From the IMG/VR virus record IMGVR_UViG_3300047553_000334, positions 1,875-65,874 of that record: a DNA stretch of 64,000 nt; one strand, written 5' to 3'. The stretch comes from a virus. Taxonomy: Duplodnaviria > Caudoviricetes. Position numbers and translations under genes: made by a program. Each line of letters opens with the position of its first letter. Position 1 is the stretch's first letter. Positions 1 through 9,695 of this stretch are shown here, in pieces. The notes below the pieces were generated by a model that saw nothing but the letters and a program-made list of their open reading frames with translations, did no database searches and had not been told where the DNA came from.

Positions 1-2
1 GT

Positions 3-332
3 ACAGTTTATCCTTCATTGATCTACTGGGATACATCCACGCTTGCAACACTGAATGCAGGCAGTTATTACAGACTGGTTTTCGCGCCTGCAACAACTAC
101 TGCAACGGGTGCGTTGTATGCATGGGATCTTGATTCAGCAGACGACAGAATATGCTTTCTAGGTGATGCTGCCGATATATCTGCCACAGAAAGAACAAAT
201 GCAGGTGCTTGGACAGAAACTAACACTAGACTGTGGGCAATGCAAGCATTGATAATTGACATTACCGCACCAACAGGTGGTGGCGGTGGAATGTTAGTTC
301 ATCCGGGAATGTCAGGAGGAATACGTGGCTAA
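3..332 (+). CDS. Tail fibre / receptor-binding protein, C-terminal part (5'-truncated by window edge)
   Basis: Frame is open from the window start. C-terminus (WTETNTRLW...DITAPTGGGGG) parallels that of 62418..63491 (WTESGTVRY...DFTPAAGASGGG). Lies in the tail module. Confidence 0.55.
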   Translation, partial: TVYPSLIYWDTSTLATLNAGSYYRLVFAPATTTATGALYAWDLDSADDRICFLGDAADISATERTNAGAWTETNTRLWAMQALIIDITAPTGGGGGMLVHPGMSGGIRG

Positions 333-1236
333 ACTTTTTATACAGGCTAACAGCACCGCACACAGTGAATACGTATTCATTCAGGATTCATCAAGTACGG
401 TTGGCAACGGTCTTACTGGTCTTGTTTTTAATAGTGCTGGATTGACAGCAAGTTATTGTGTAGAACGTGGGGCACGTACTGCAATTACACTTGTGACATT
501 AGCTAGTGCTACAGCAGCGTACACATCTGGTGGGTTTATCGCTGTTGATGGAACAAACATGCCGGGGCTTTACCGATTTGATGTTCCAAATGCATTGTTC
601 TCTGTAGCGGGCACTAACAATGTGGTTGTCATGCTGCGCGGTGCAACAAACATGGCGCCCGTGTTACTTGAGTATCAGATAGTTGCATTCGATCCAAATG
701 ATGCTGTTAGGCTTGGGTTAACAGCTTTACCGAATGCAAACGCTGGAGCATCCGGTGGACTGCCCACGGGTAACGCATCTGGTCAGGTTACAGTTGCTAC
801 AAATAACGATAAGACAGGGTATTCACTTAGCGCAACGCAGACGTTTAACGTTACTGGCAATATTACTGGTAACGTAACTGGATCTGTTGGCTCTGTAGCG
901 TCCGGTGGTATTACTTCAGGTTCGTTTGCTGCTGGCGCTATTAATGCTGCAGCCATAGCTACAGACGCTATTGGTAGTGATGAATTAGCTGCTAGTGCTA
1001 CGGCCGAAATAGCAGACGCTATTCTTGCTCGTAATCTAGACAGTTCTGGTAATGAAGTGTCCACCACATCAAGTGGCAGGACGGTACGAAATGCGTTACG
1101 CATCTTGCGCAATAAAGTTGATGCAAGTTCTGGAACGCAGGTTGATGTGTACAATGAAGCGGACACATCTGTTATATGGTCTCAAGCGATCACAACAAGT
1201 GTTAGCGCTGATCCGATTGTAAAGGTAGGTACATAA
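325..1236 (+). CDS. Virion tail-associated structural protein (fibre/adaptor)
   Basis: 303 aa, G/S/T/A-rich; NNDKTGYSL, GNVTGSVGSV and EIADAIL motifs typical of phage tail accessory proteins; start overlaps the upstream stop. Confidence 0.6.
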   Translation: MAKLFIQANSTAHSEYVFIQDSSSTVGNGLTGLVFNSAGLTASYCVERGARTAITLVTLASATAAYTSGGFIAVDGTNMPGLYRFDVPNALFSVAGTNNVVVMLRGATNMAPVLLEYQIVAFDPNDAVRLGLTALPNANAGASGGLPTGNASGQVTVATNNDKTGYSLSATQTFNVTGNITGNVTGSVGSVASGGITSGSFAAGAINAAAIATDAIGSDELAASATAEIADAILARNLDSSGNEVSTTSSGRTVRNALRILRNKVDASSGTQVDVYNEADTSVIWSQAITTSVSADPIVKVGT

Positions 1237-1237
1237 T

Positions 1238-1747
1238 ATGTCGAAGGCATTCACAAACTCTGTCGAGTCACAGTTATTAAATGTGACTTTGAGAACAGGA
1301 TGTTTAGTTCAAACAGGAACTGGATTATCCTACTCAACAGGAACAACGACGTATACAACAGGAACGTCAAACCCGTTGTATTTGGCATTTCTAACTAACT
1401 CAACTGATGATACATCTATTACCGAGTTAGCTGCTGGTGGAAGTTATACTGGTGCTGGACGACCAGCTTTTGTTGGTACAGCAGGTCAACAATTTTCTAC
1501 TAGTGCTGGAACAAACGTTGCTTCAACTGCAGGTGCTGCTCTTGTAAACGCAAATGCACTAACGTTTACCGCTACAGCAACGCATACTGGAATCGTTGGT
1601 ATTGCTATTTGTACTAGCCAGACTGTTGGTTCGTCTCTGGATACTACTGCAATTTATTATGGAGACCTTACAGGTGGATCGGTTACTTTAACTGCTGGTC
1701 AATCTATTACGTTTGCTGCGGGTGCAATTTCTGTTACCTTAAACTAA
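1238..1747 (+). CDS. Small virion/tail structural protein
   Basis: 169 aa, beta-rich, ends TLTAGQSITFAAGAISVTLN, a common ending for phage structural proteins; tightly packed in the operon. Confidence 0.6.
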   Translation: MSKAFTNSVESQLLNVTLRTGCLVQTGTGLSYSTGTTTYTTGTSNPLYLAFLTNSTDDTSITELAAGGSYTGAGRPAFVGTAGQQFSTSAGTNVASTAGAALVNANALTFTATATHTGIVGIAICTSQTVGSSLDTTAIYYGDLTGGSVTLTAGQSITFAAGAISVTLN

Positions 1748-1751
1748 TGTA

Positions 1752-3092
1752 ATGGCGACACCACTTGGCGCTGGCTATATAACAGTAGCCTTTATTGCTG
1801 CAAGACTTGCTGCACCTTCACTGGCACCAACCAATGGAGCAGCAAGTCTTACTGGTATTGCTACGCTTACAGCATTACCATCTATCCAAGCAAGCGCATC
1901 AATAAATGGTATTGCAAATGTTACGTCTAACATATCCTTTGTTAGATCATCCGACATAGCTGGCATCGCGCAACTTTCTGCATCGTCTGCATTTGTTGGT
2001 CAAGTCTCTAGTATTGGCATTGCCAGTTTAACTGCTAATCCATCATTCCCAAGAACTGCACAAATACTTGGCATTGCACAAGTTAATACGTCTGTTTCTT
2101 TTCCTAGATCAGCGGGCATAAATGGCATTGCATCCCTGCAGTCGTCAATACAATTTAACAGGTCGTCACAACTTACTGGTATTGCTAGTTTAACTGCAGC
2201 TCCAACGTATAGCATTACGTCTGACATACGAGGAATTGCAACTGTAGCAGCAACCGCTACTGGTAGTGCTGCATCTTCTATGACTGGTATTGCCAGTGTT
2301 TCAGCTACACCGCAATATTCTATTACTAGTCAACTTACTGGTATAGCCAATCTGTCGGCTACTGGTACTACAGCATCTGCTATACCGGCTGCATCAAACA
2401 TTGCAGGTATAGCACAACTTACTGCAGTTACGTCTACACAGGCGCAATCGGCTATTAATGGCATTGCATCTCTGAGTGCATTGCGGTCAACGCAAGTTCA
2501 GTCATCAATAAATGGCATTGCAACGGTAACTGCGCAAACGTCAACCCAATTACAATCTTCTATAGTTGGTATAGCGCAGTTAGCGTCATCTGGTACCGTA
2601 GCTAATCCTTTATATTTAAATAGTTCTATTCTTGGTGTAGCGTTTACACAAGCAGGTGTTTCTTTTGTACGCACCGCAAGCATCGTTGGTATTGCACGGA
2701 TAGATAATTATCCTTTCACTCCTAATACACCAACACAACCTTTATTTGCAAACATAGGTGGTATAGCAAGTCTTTCTGCTAATGGATTTATTCCTAATCT
2801 GTGTGAGTGCCCACCGTGGATACATGCTGATCAAACAACGTGTGGTTGGGAAGTATCACCATATGATGGACCAGTAATCACCCAGCAATTAAGTTACGAC
2901 TTACCGTTTACGTTACCTATGTTTAGGATGCACGTACTAGCAACGGGTACAACATCTACGACAACTGGTATCTCGACATATGATCGAGAGCCTACTCCAA
3001 ATTGTCAATATACTATTTCTACAGCAGTCAATGTAAACTACGTTGTTAACTCACCAGTTAAAAAATCATATTCACGAGGTGGTTGTATCTAA
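1752..3092 (+). CDS. Repeat-rich virion protein (about 19-22 aa GIAxLxA repeats)
   Basis: 446 aa with roughly 15 imperfect S-x-I-x-G-I-A-x-L/V-x-A repeats and a Cys-containing C-terminal domain. Confidence 0.6.
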   Translation: MATPLGAGYITVAFIAARLAAPSLAPTNGAASLTGIATLTALPSIQASASINGIANVTSNISFVRSSDIAGIAQLSASSAFVGQVSSIGIASLTANPSFPRTAQILGIAQVNTSVSFPRSAGINGIASLQSSIQFNRSSQLTGIASLTAAPTYSITSDIRGIATVAATATGSAASSMTGIASVSATPQYSITSQLTGIANLSATGTTASAIPAASNIAGIAQLTAVTSTQAQSAINGIASLSALRSTQVQSSINGIATVTAQTSTQLQSSIVGIAQLASSGTVANPLYLNSSILGVAFTQAGVSFVRTASIVGIARIDNYPFTPNTPTQPLFANIGGIASLSANGFIPNLCECPPWIHADQTTCGWEVSPYDGPVITQQLSYDLPFTLPMFRMHVLATGTTSTTTGISTYDREPTPNCQYTISTAVNVNYVVNSPVKKSYSRGGCI

Positions 3093-6000
3093 TGGCTTTA
3101 AGACAAGTACGCAATAACCAACAACCATTTACACTGGGTGACAGAAAGTTTCAAGGGATTGATACGTACAATGATCCATCCCGTGTTGATGCTGGTTTCT
3201 GTCAAAATGCAGAAAACTTATTTATTTATGGTGGCATAATACGTCCACGTAATGGCTGGGCTTCTGTTTGGTACAACACATCTGGCACACCAAGTTACAA
3301 TTTTGCATTAGCAAATCCTGTCCGTGAATTGACAGTATTACGTGATGCTGGACAGACATCTAGATTAGTCTTTGCTAGTGGAACATCGCTTTATACATAT
3401 GACACAGCGCAATATGTTAATGGTGGCACGCGTTATACGGCATCCAATCAGCCAGTTATTTTAAATGATCGACTAACTGGATCTCCAATTAATATTACCA
3501 ATGCTGATAATGTTCGTATGGTGCAGTACGGCCGTTATCTATATGGATGCAGTAGCGGAACTAATCCGTTGTTCCGTGTCAGAATGAATGGTAGTACTGT
3601 TGAAGCAGAGACATTACCAGATTTAAGCGCATCGCAATTAGCAGACGTAAAACCTGTCGCAACGGCATCTACATTACAGGTTATGGCTGGCACACAGATT
3701 AGTGCGAAGTACACAACACCTATACAAACAAGTGGTTTCAGTAATTTACCAAGCTCTTTATTTAGCAACCTTGTTGGTGATCCAAGCTTTGAGTTAAATG
3801 TCAATTCCGGTTTTAATAGATGGAATTACAATTCTACCGATGTACAAAATATAACTAGTGGAGCTACCAATAAATTCTCTACGACTGCAAAAAACCCAAT
3901 GGGGTTTATATCAACTCGTGACGGATCGACTGGAAAACGTTGTTTAAAAGTTGATCAAATACAGGATTATTTTTATCAAGATATAGATGTTCGATCAGTA
4001 AATGTCACATATGATTCTGAACCATATACGTACAGTGTTGCAGGTGGAGCACTAACTCAAGTTGTAACATCAACACCACATGGCTTAGCACTGGGCCAGA
4101 AACTTCAGTTTACTGCTGCTCTTGGTGGTGTTAGCACGTCAACTATTTATTACGTAAAAAGCATTGTCAATGTAACAACGTTTACCATGACGAGTGATAG
4201 TACATTGGTAGCTGCTGCATTTACATTCAGTGGTGCTGTTACTACTGGGCAATTCAACGTACTTAAAAATGTCGGCACATACGTATTTACTTGTTACCTA
4301 TGGAATGAGGATGACCTAACAAACTTTGTTAGTGGAAATACTCTTGACATCAAGATTATTGGATTTAAAAACACAGCAACCACGGCATTTGCAAGTACTG
4401 AAGTTATTGCGGGTGCTGAGGTTTATTACAATGCAAGACCGTCTGCAGCAAGGACATCAAGTGACTGGCAGCGTTTTGAGATTTTTGTTGACTTCCGTGA
4501 GTTTGCCAATTTACTGACTGGTATTCAGATCCGAGTGAGCACTGCTTTTGATAGAGGTGGTGCAAGTTATATGCTTGTAGAAGATACGTCGTTGTATGCA
4601 ATTAACAGCGCACTATCCATATCGCCAGTGCAAGATGACCCAAATGGATTAGCAAAATTAATTGGTACTCAGGACAACACAACTTTTGAGAATACAAGTC
4701 CCGTAGAATCGTACGCGCGATATCTTCAAAATGAATATATCAAGATTGACCTTGGTGCTAACTATTCATTTACTGAGACTGAAAGCTTAAGCATACGTGC
4801 GTATTTCAGTGAGGTGATTAATACATCCGTTCCTCCGTTCAGCTTAGGATTCAGGTTGAACAATAGGACTGAATGGACTGGTCAGTGTTCCTACGATAAA
4901 GATAAAGGCTATTTAACTTTCCAGTTATTCCCCATACCACAGGCCTACCGTACATCGGTTCGATATTTATACATCAAGCTGGATTACGATATTAGTGAGT
5001 TACGAAACAATGAATGGTGTATTTCACTTGGCGAGGTAACAAAACAAGGGGCGTTAACACCATCTAGCAAGTACTCGTATGGGTTTACATTGTGGCGCCC
5101 ATACACACTTCCTAGTAATCCAACTGCAGGAGTTGGCGTATCAGCATGGAGTACATTGCCTGAGTTACCTAGCGGTGATGGATTTGAGACGCCTGTTACT
5201 CAATTTAGTGCTGATGTAACCATAACGGCTGCTGTCAATCAGGTTACGCTTAAGCTTTATTCAGGCGATTTACGTAAAATTTCTGGCGGTAACTGTCAAT
5301 ATAAGTTTGCCCTTATATATCGCAAGAATGTACTTACAGGTGATGACCGTGGTCGATTGATAGCTATTGTTGATTTAGATACTGGTGCATCATACGCAGA
5401 TGGCAATAAATGGACCGGTGCATCATCATCATTTAGTAATACGGCAACAAACGAGATCACATTTACAGACCAAGTGCAAGATAGTTCGTTGTTATTTGAC
5501 AACGGGAGTGGGACGCGTGGTTATAGATTTCGTTTTGGTCGTGATCCATTCCCTACTGGGTGTGACTCTATTGCATCATTTAATGGCAGGTTATTTGTAT
5601 CAAAGAAAAATACAGTACATGCTAGTTGGCAATTAGATACGTCTAATGAATATGGTATTTACACAACACTGTATCCAGATTTTAATGATCCATTATTACC
5701 ACTCAAAGGATCTACATTTGATATCTCAAGTCGAACAGATGAAGAAAAGATTGTAGACATGTTACCCATTGGTGGTGATGGATTAATTAGAGAGAATAGT
5801 TCCAGCGCAGCATTAGCTATTTTACGCGAGCGATCAGCATATCTCCTTACGGGAGATAATCCAGCGCAGTTTGCAAGTCAAGGTTACTTACAAGGTGAAG
5901 GCACTGGGCTGTTGGCTAAGCGTGGGGCTTGCATTATAAACGGTCGTCTAGTTTATGCAACTGCTGGTGGAATTATGCAGTTGATGGGTGTCCAGTTACA

Positions 6001-6712
6001 GCCATTAGGTTTAGCACTAGAGGGTGTACTAAATGTTCGCAGTCAAGATTTTGGCCCTAGTGCTTCATCCAGCTATATTTCTGCAGCATCGTACGCTAAC
6101 GTCGAGTTATGTGTGCATGACAGACGGATACACGTATTGGCGCCAATAGCTGGAGAGGCTAGTGGTGCAACCTGCACAAGACAATATGTATACGACACAC
6201 GTATTGACGGATGGGTAAACTGGATCAACCCGGTTGCGTACACGTCACTAGTAAGTGTTGAGACGGCAGACGATACACAGGAACTTTATGCTGGTACACG
6301 TGATGGTCGATTAATGCGACTAGAAGGGTTTGCAGATAAGTCATACGGAGCTGCTACTCAAACTAGCACAGGTATTCAATGGCAATTTAAGTCACGTGCG
6401 TTTGGTCAATCAGCTGCTGAAGGAAACATGTATTACAGTGACAACAAAATACATAGCCTTAACATGCATTTTGAAAACACATCGGCTAGTAATCTAGTAG
6501 TTAACTGGTCACTCACATCTATGGAAGGTTATTCATCAACAGGTACGTATCAATGGTCACCGCAAAAAGAAAAGGTTGTTAGCATAAAGCACATACAGAG
6601 AACAAGTGATAAGCAAACATTTACGGTCACATTATCTGGTACTTCATCTTCTTTATGGAAGATGTTTAGTTATCATGTGCAAACAACCGAAGGTAATACA
6701 CCAAGGAATTAA
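3083..6712 (+). CDS. Tail nozzle / stabilisation protein (T7 gp12 / P22 gp10-like beta-propeller with inserted domains)
   Basis: 1209 aa. N-terminal FQGID...CQNAENL...GIIRPRNG pattern, propeller-like strands (FNGRLFV, YVYDTRIDGW, LYAGTRDGRL); sits just before the ejection genes. Start may be ATG 3092. Confidence 0.65.
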   Translation: MYLMALRQVRNNQQPFTLGDRKFQGIDTYNDPSRVDAGFCQNAENLFIYGGIIRPRNGWASVWYNTSGTPSYNFALANPVRELTVLRDAGQTSRLVFASGTSLYTYDTAQYVNGGTRYTASNQPVILNDRLTGSPINITNADNVRMVQYGRYLYGCSSGTNPLFRVRMNGSTVEAETLPDLSASQLADVKPVATASTLQVMAGTQISAKYTTPIQTSGFSNLPSSLFSNLVGDPSFELNVNSGFNRWNYNSTDVQNITSGATNKFSTTAKNPMGFISTRDGSTGKRCLKVDQIQDYFYQDIDVRSVNVTYDSEPYTYSVAGGALTQVVTSTPHGLALGQKLQFTAALGGVSTSTIYYVKSIVNVTTFTMTSDSTLVAAAFTFSGAVTTGQFNVLKNVGTYVFTCYLWNEDDLTNFVSGNTLDIKIIGFKNTATTAFASTEVIAGAEVYYNARPSAARTSSDWQRFEIFVDFREFANLLTGIQIRVSTAFDRGGASYMLVEDTSLYAINSALSISPVQDDPNGLAKLIGTQDNTTFENTSPVESYARYLQNEYIKIDLGANYSFTETESLSIRAYFSEVINTSVPPFSLGFRLNNRTEWTGQCSYDKDKGYLTFQLFPIPQAYRTSVRYLYIKLDYDISELRNNEWCISLGEVTKQGALTPSSKYSYGFTLWRPYTLPSNPTAGVGVSAWSTLPELPSGDGFETPVTQFSADVTITAAVNQVTLKLYSGDLRKISGGNCQYKFALIYRKNVLTGDDRGRLIAIVDLDTGASYADGNKWTGASSSFSNTATNEITFTDQVQDSSLLFDNGSGTRGYRFRFGRDPFPTGCDSIASFNGRLFVSKKNTVHASWQLDTSNEYGIYTTLYPDFNDPLLPLKGSTFDISSRTDEEKIVDMLPIGGDGLIRENSSSAALAILRERSAYLLTGDNPAQFASQGYLQGEGTGLLAKRGACIINGRLVYATAGGIMQLMGVQLQPLGLALEGVLNVRSQDFGPSASSSYISAASYANVELCVHDRRIHVLAPIAGEASGATCTRQYVYDTRIDGWVNWINPVAYTSLVSVETADDTQELYAGTRDGRLMRLEGFADKSYGAATQTSTGIQWQFKSRAFGQSAAEGNMYYSDNKIHSLNMHFENTSASNLVVNWSLTSMEGYSSTGTYQWSPQKEKVVSIKHIQRTSDKQTFTVTLSGTSSSLWKMFSYHVQTTEGNTPRN

Positions 6713-6714
6713 CT

Positions 6715-7170
6715 ATGCCAGCTGTTGCACCACTTACATATCCTGTTGATGGACGATATGGACAACCTGAAAGGTTGTCTGGGCGCGGTAAATCATCTGT
6801 AGCAATACGTGAGCAAAACTTGCGTGGTATAGATCCAGTTCCATATTCACCATCGTCTAATGTTTTGTATTACGCAAGTTCAGCATATACTGTGGATTAT
6901 GCGCCATGTGTTGTTTTATGTGATGCGAATACTGCTGGTTTTAGTATTACTCTTCCTATAGCAGCTTCATGTTATGGAAGATCAATAGATGTAATTAAGA
7001 CAGACGCCACTGTAAACGCTATTACATTTACAGCATCTGGATCAGATATTGTGTCATACAACGCAGCTTGGGTAGGTTTAAATGAGCAATGGGAAACGTG
7101 CAGAGTTCTCGCAACAGTAGATTCATCGGGTCAAGGTCGATGGATTATTATGATGACAAGGACGGTTTAA
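6715..7170 (+). CDS. Tail-associated protein
   Basis: 151 aa; VLCDANTAGFSITLP...IKTDATVNAITF pattern seen in phage tail proteins. Confidence 0.55.
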   Translation: MPAVAPLTYPVDGRYGQPERLSGRGKSSVAIREQNLRGIDPVPYSPSSNVLYYASSAYTVDYAPCVVLCDANTAGFSITLPIAASCYGRSIDVIKTDATVNAITFTASGSDIVSYNAAWVGLNEQWETCRVLATVDSSGQGRWIIMMTRTV

Positions 7171-7171
7171 C

Positions 7172-7903
7172 ATGATTGATCCAATGACTGGTTCGTTGAT
7201 TATGCAGGGTGTTGGTCAACTTGCTGGCGGGTTATTTAAACCACGTCGCAGTAAGACATTGCCTATGCAAGAGGCTTATGCTCGGTCAAAGATGGGATAC
7301 ATCCCGTACTTTGACAATATGATGAAGCAGGGTCAGCAACAGCAAAATATGTTTATGCCTGTTGCCCAGAAATCTGCAATGATGGGCATCGAGGCTGCTA
7401 ACAAACCACTTACACAGACAGATGTATTCAAGGGCACTGGTGCAACAAATGCTATCTTGCAGAACCAAGGCGACGCTCAGATGGCAGCAGCTGGAATGAA
7501 CGCTGCGCGATCTGGATTATATGGCCCAGCGCGTACATCTATGTTGCAAGGTACTGCTAATAACATTAACGCAGCACAAGCTGCAAACATTGCAAACTTT
7601 GGTGCTAACTATGAAGCCAACGCGCCACAGCGTATGTTTAACGCATCGCAGGTAGCAGGTGGAATGGCTGGTGCTGGTACTAACATGATGACTGGTGGAA
7701 TTAGTGGAGCCACTAATTTGTACAGTCAGGGAATGCAAGATCAAGCGAATATTGGTGCACAGTATCAAGCTGCTGATGACGCAGCCCGTGCTGAGCACGC
7801 ACAGTTCACACAGTTCTTGACGGGCCTTCCATTCCAAATGGAAAGCGCACGTAATATGCGTGCGCTTGCAAATAAGACTAACAACCCTACTGGTACAAGA
7901 TAG
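7172..7903 (+). CDS. Internal virion / DNA ejection (pilot-like) protein
   Basis: 243 aa, rich in M/Q/G/A; N-terminus MIDPMTGSLIMQGVGQLAGGLF typical of ejection proteins; position after the nozzle gene. Confidence 0.6.
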   Translation: MIDPMTGSLIMQGVGQLAGGLFKPRRSKTLPMQEAYARSKMGYIPYFDNMMKQGQQQQNMFMPVAQKSAMMGIEAANKPLTQTDVFKGTGATNAILQNQGDAQMAAAGMNAARSGLYGPARTSMLQGTANNINAAQAANIANFGANYEANAPQRMFNASQVAGGMAGAGTNMMTGGISGATNLYSQGMQDQANIGAQYQAADDAARAEHAQFTQFLTGLPFQMESARNMRALANKTNNPTGTR

Positions 7904-7912
7904 GAGACGAAC

Positions 7913-9676
7913 ATGCCTTTTAATTCATCCGCATTAAGTGCAGGTATTGGATCAATGTTACAGGGCATTCAACAGAATGCTCAAGAAAAACTACAGCTTG
8001 CACAAATGGCACGGCAGCAACGCATTGAAGACAAGCGACTTGCTGACGAACAAGCAATGAATGATATTAACAGGCAGATAGCTACCGAAGGTTTGAATCA
8101 AACCAGAGTAATTAATCCTATTACTGCTGATATGGCACGATCTCAGTTATCTTTAGCTAGAGGTTTAATGCCACATCAAATAGAAAGTGCAAGACTTGGT
8201 GTAGTTGGACAAGATATAGGGAACCGAGCAAATTTATTTCAGGTTGAAAAAATGCAACCAGAGCAGTTAATTTCTGCTCAAACTGGCAACAGATTCCAGA
8301 AAGCACAGGCAGACGTAGCTGAAGCCCTTGTGCCGACCAATATAAAAGCTGGAAAACAATCAGTAGAAGCAAACGAATTAACTGCGTCTGAGCGAGTACG
8401 TCAGCGATATCAAGGCGCATTAGGTCAAGTCAAAACTGCAGCATCTATATTAAAAAATCCGCAAGCTACTCATGCAGATAAGTTAGCAGCATATAACGAA
8501 TATCAAAAGGTGGTTCCTATCATTCGTGGTGCTATTGGCGATGTAGACGCAATGGCTCGTTTAGGTTCCTTGTTTGGTGATCGTGCCACTATTATGCAAG
8601 ATGTACGCACGTCATTGGGTATTCCTCCTACAGTTACTGATGACCAATTGCAGCAGTACTTAATGCAGTTGACGCCAGATGTAAATATGCCATCACCTGC
8701 GGATGACCCTGCGCGTTTTGCGCAGATACAAGGGATGCTTTCTGGTGTGTTAGGCCCACGTGCATTATCTCCAGCGGAAGGCTTTGTTGATTATGTACCA
8801 CCGACTTTATCTGGAAATAGGATAGTTGGTGGAGGACGTTTACCGCAAATCAATACATACAGACTTGCTGAAGCGTCGTTTGATGAGGTGTTGAACGAAA
8901 TACGTAAGGCAAAGTCACTTGGGTATACCCCTAAAGCAATTTGGCAAACGATAGGTAATTTTACAGATAAGGATTTTGATGCGTCTGGAAATTTAAACGT
9001 CCTTGATAAGGATATAAAGAAACGCGCCATACAGGCTATTGCTACGAACTTTAGAGCACCACAAGGCACACAAGACGCATTAATTAAATATCAGTCCGGT
9101 TATGAAGATAAAGTGAAAATGAATTTGCAGGCGCGGATTGCGGAGATGAATAGTGCAATGGGTAACGCTCAGGCTAATGCACAACTTAAAGCAGCAATGG
9201 CAACAACTAGTTTACCTTTAGTTAATGTATGGACAGACACATTTAGAAATGGTTATGCGCAACTAGACAAACTTGCGACTGATGGTATTGCTTTATTTGG
9301 ATTTGATATTAAGTCCGATTTACCGGGAGCGTTTTTAACGAAGATTAAAGACACCAAAGACGCAAAGACGATTGCCCAAGCTAAGCAATTTGTTGCGCGA
9401 TATGAGGCTATGCAAACTGCCTTAAAAGAATCCAATAGCATTTTTGGTAAAACGCAAGGTATTAATGACACAACGCGTGTTAGTAATGCACTCCACAGAC
9501 TTGTCAAAGTCGGTATTTCAATCGATCCTACATTGTTACAGCAATCTGGTTTAGCTGGTGGTGCACCAGCACCTGCTCCAGCACCAGCTAACAGTAATTT
9601 CGGTATTAGTGGTGGCAATAACATAAGCATTGACCCACTTACGCTGCCGGGCGGTGGCAAACCACCAATGCAGTAA
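7913..9676 (+). CDS. Internal virion / ejection protein
   Basis: 587 aa, helical, Q/A-rich; AGGAG RBS; lies between the pilot-like gene and the giant gene. Confidence 0.55.
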   Translation: MPFNSSALSAGIGSMLQGIQQNAQEKLQLAQMARQQRIEDKRLADEQAMNDINRQIATEGLNQTRVINPITADMARSQLSLARGLMPHQIESARLGVVGQDIGNRANLFQVEKMQPEQLISAQTGNRFQKAQADVAEALVPTNIKAGKQSVEANELTASERVRQRYQGALGQVKTAASILKNPQATHADKLAAYNEYQKVVPIIRGAIGDVDAMARLGSLFGDRATIMQDVRTSLGIPPTVTDDQLQQYLMQLTPDVNMPSPADDPARFAQIQGMLSGVLGPRALSPAEGFVDYVPPTLSGNRIVGGGRLPQINTYRLAEASFDEVLNEIRKAKSLGYTPKAIWQTIGNFTDKDFDASGNLNVLDKDIKKRAIQAIATNFRAPQGTQDALIKYQSGYEDKVKMNLQARIAEMNSAMGNAQANAQLKAAMATTSLPLVNVWTDTFRNGYAQLDKLATDGIALFGFDIKSDLPGAFLTKIKDTKDAKTIAQAKQFVARYEAMQTALKESNSIFGKTQGINDTTRVSNALHRLVKVGISIDPTLLQQSGLAGGAPAPAPAPANSNFGISGGNNISIDPLTLPGGGKPPMQ

Positions 9677-9695
9677 AATGTTTCAGGAGATATAA

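Noticed and set aside
1404-1410. Other CTGATGA matches (e.g. here and about 34945 on the minus strand)
   Set aside because: Inside CDSs and lacking the three stems and a correctly placed GAAA.
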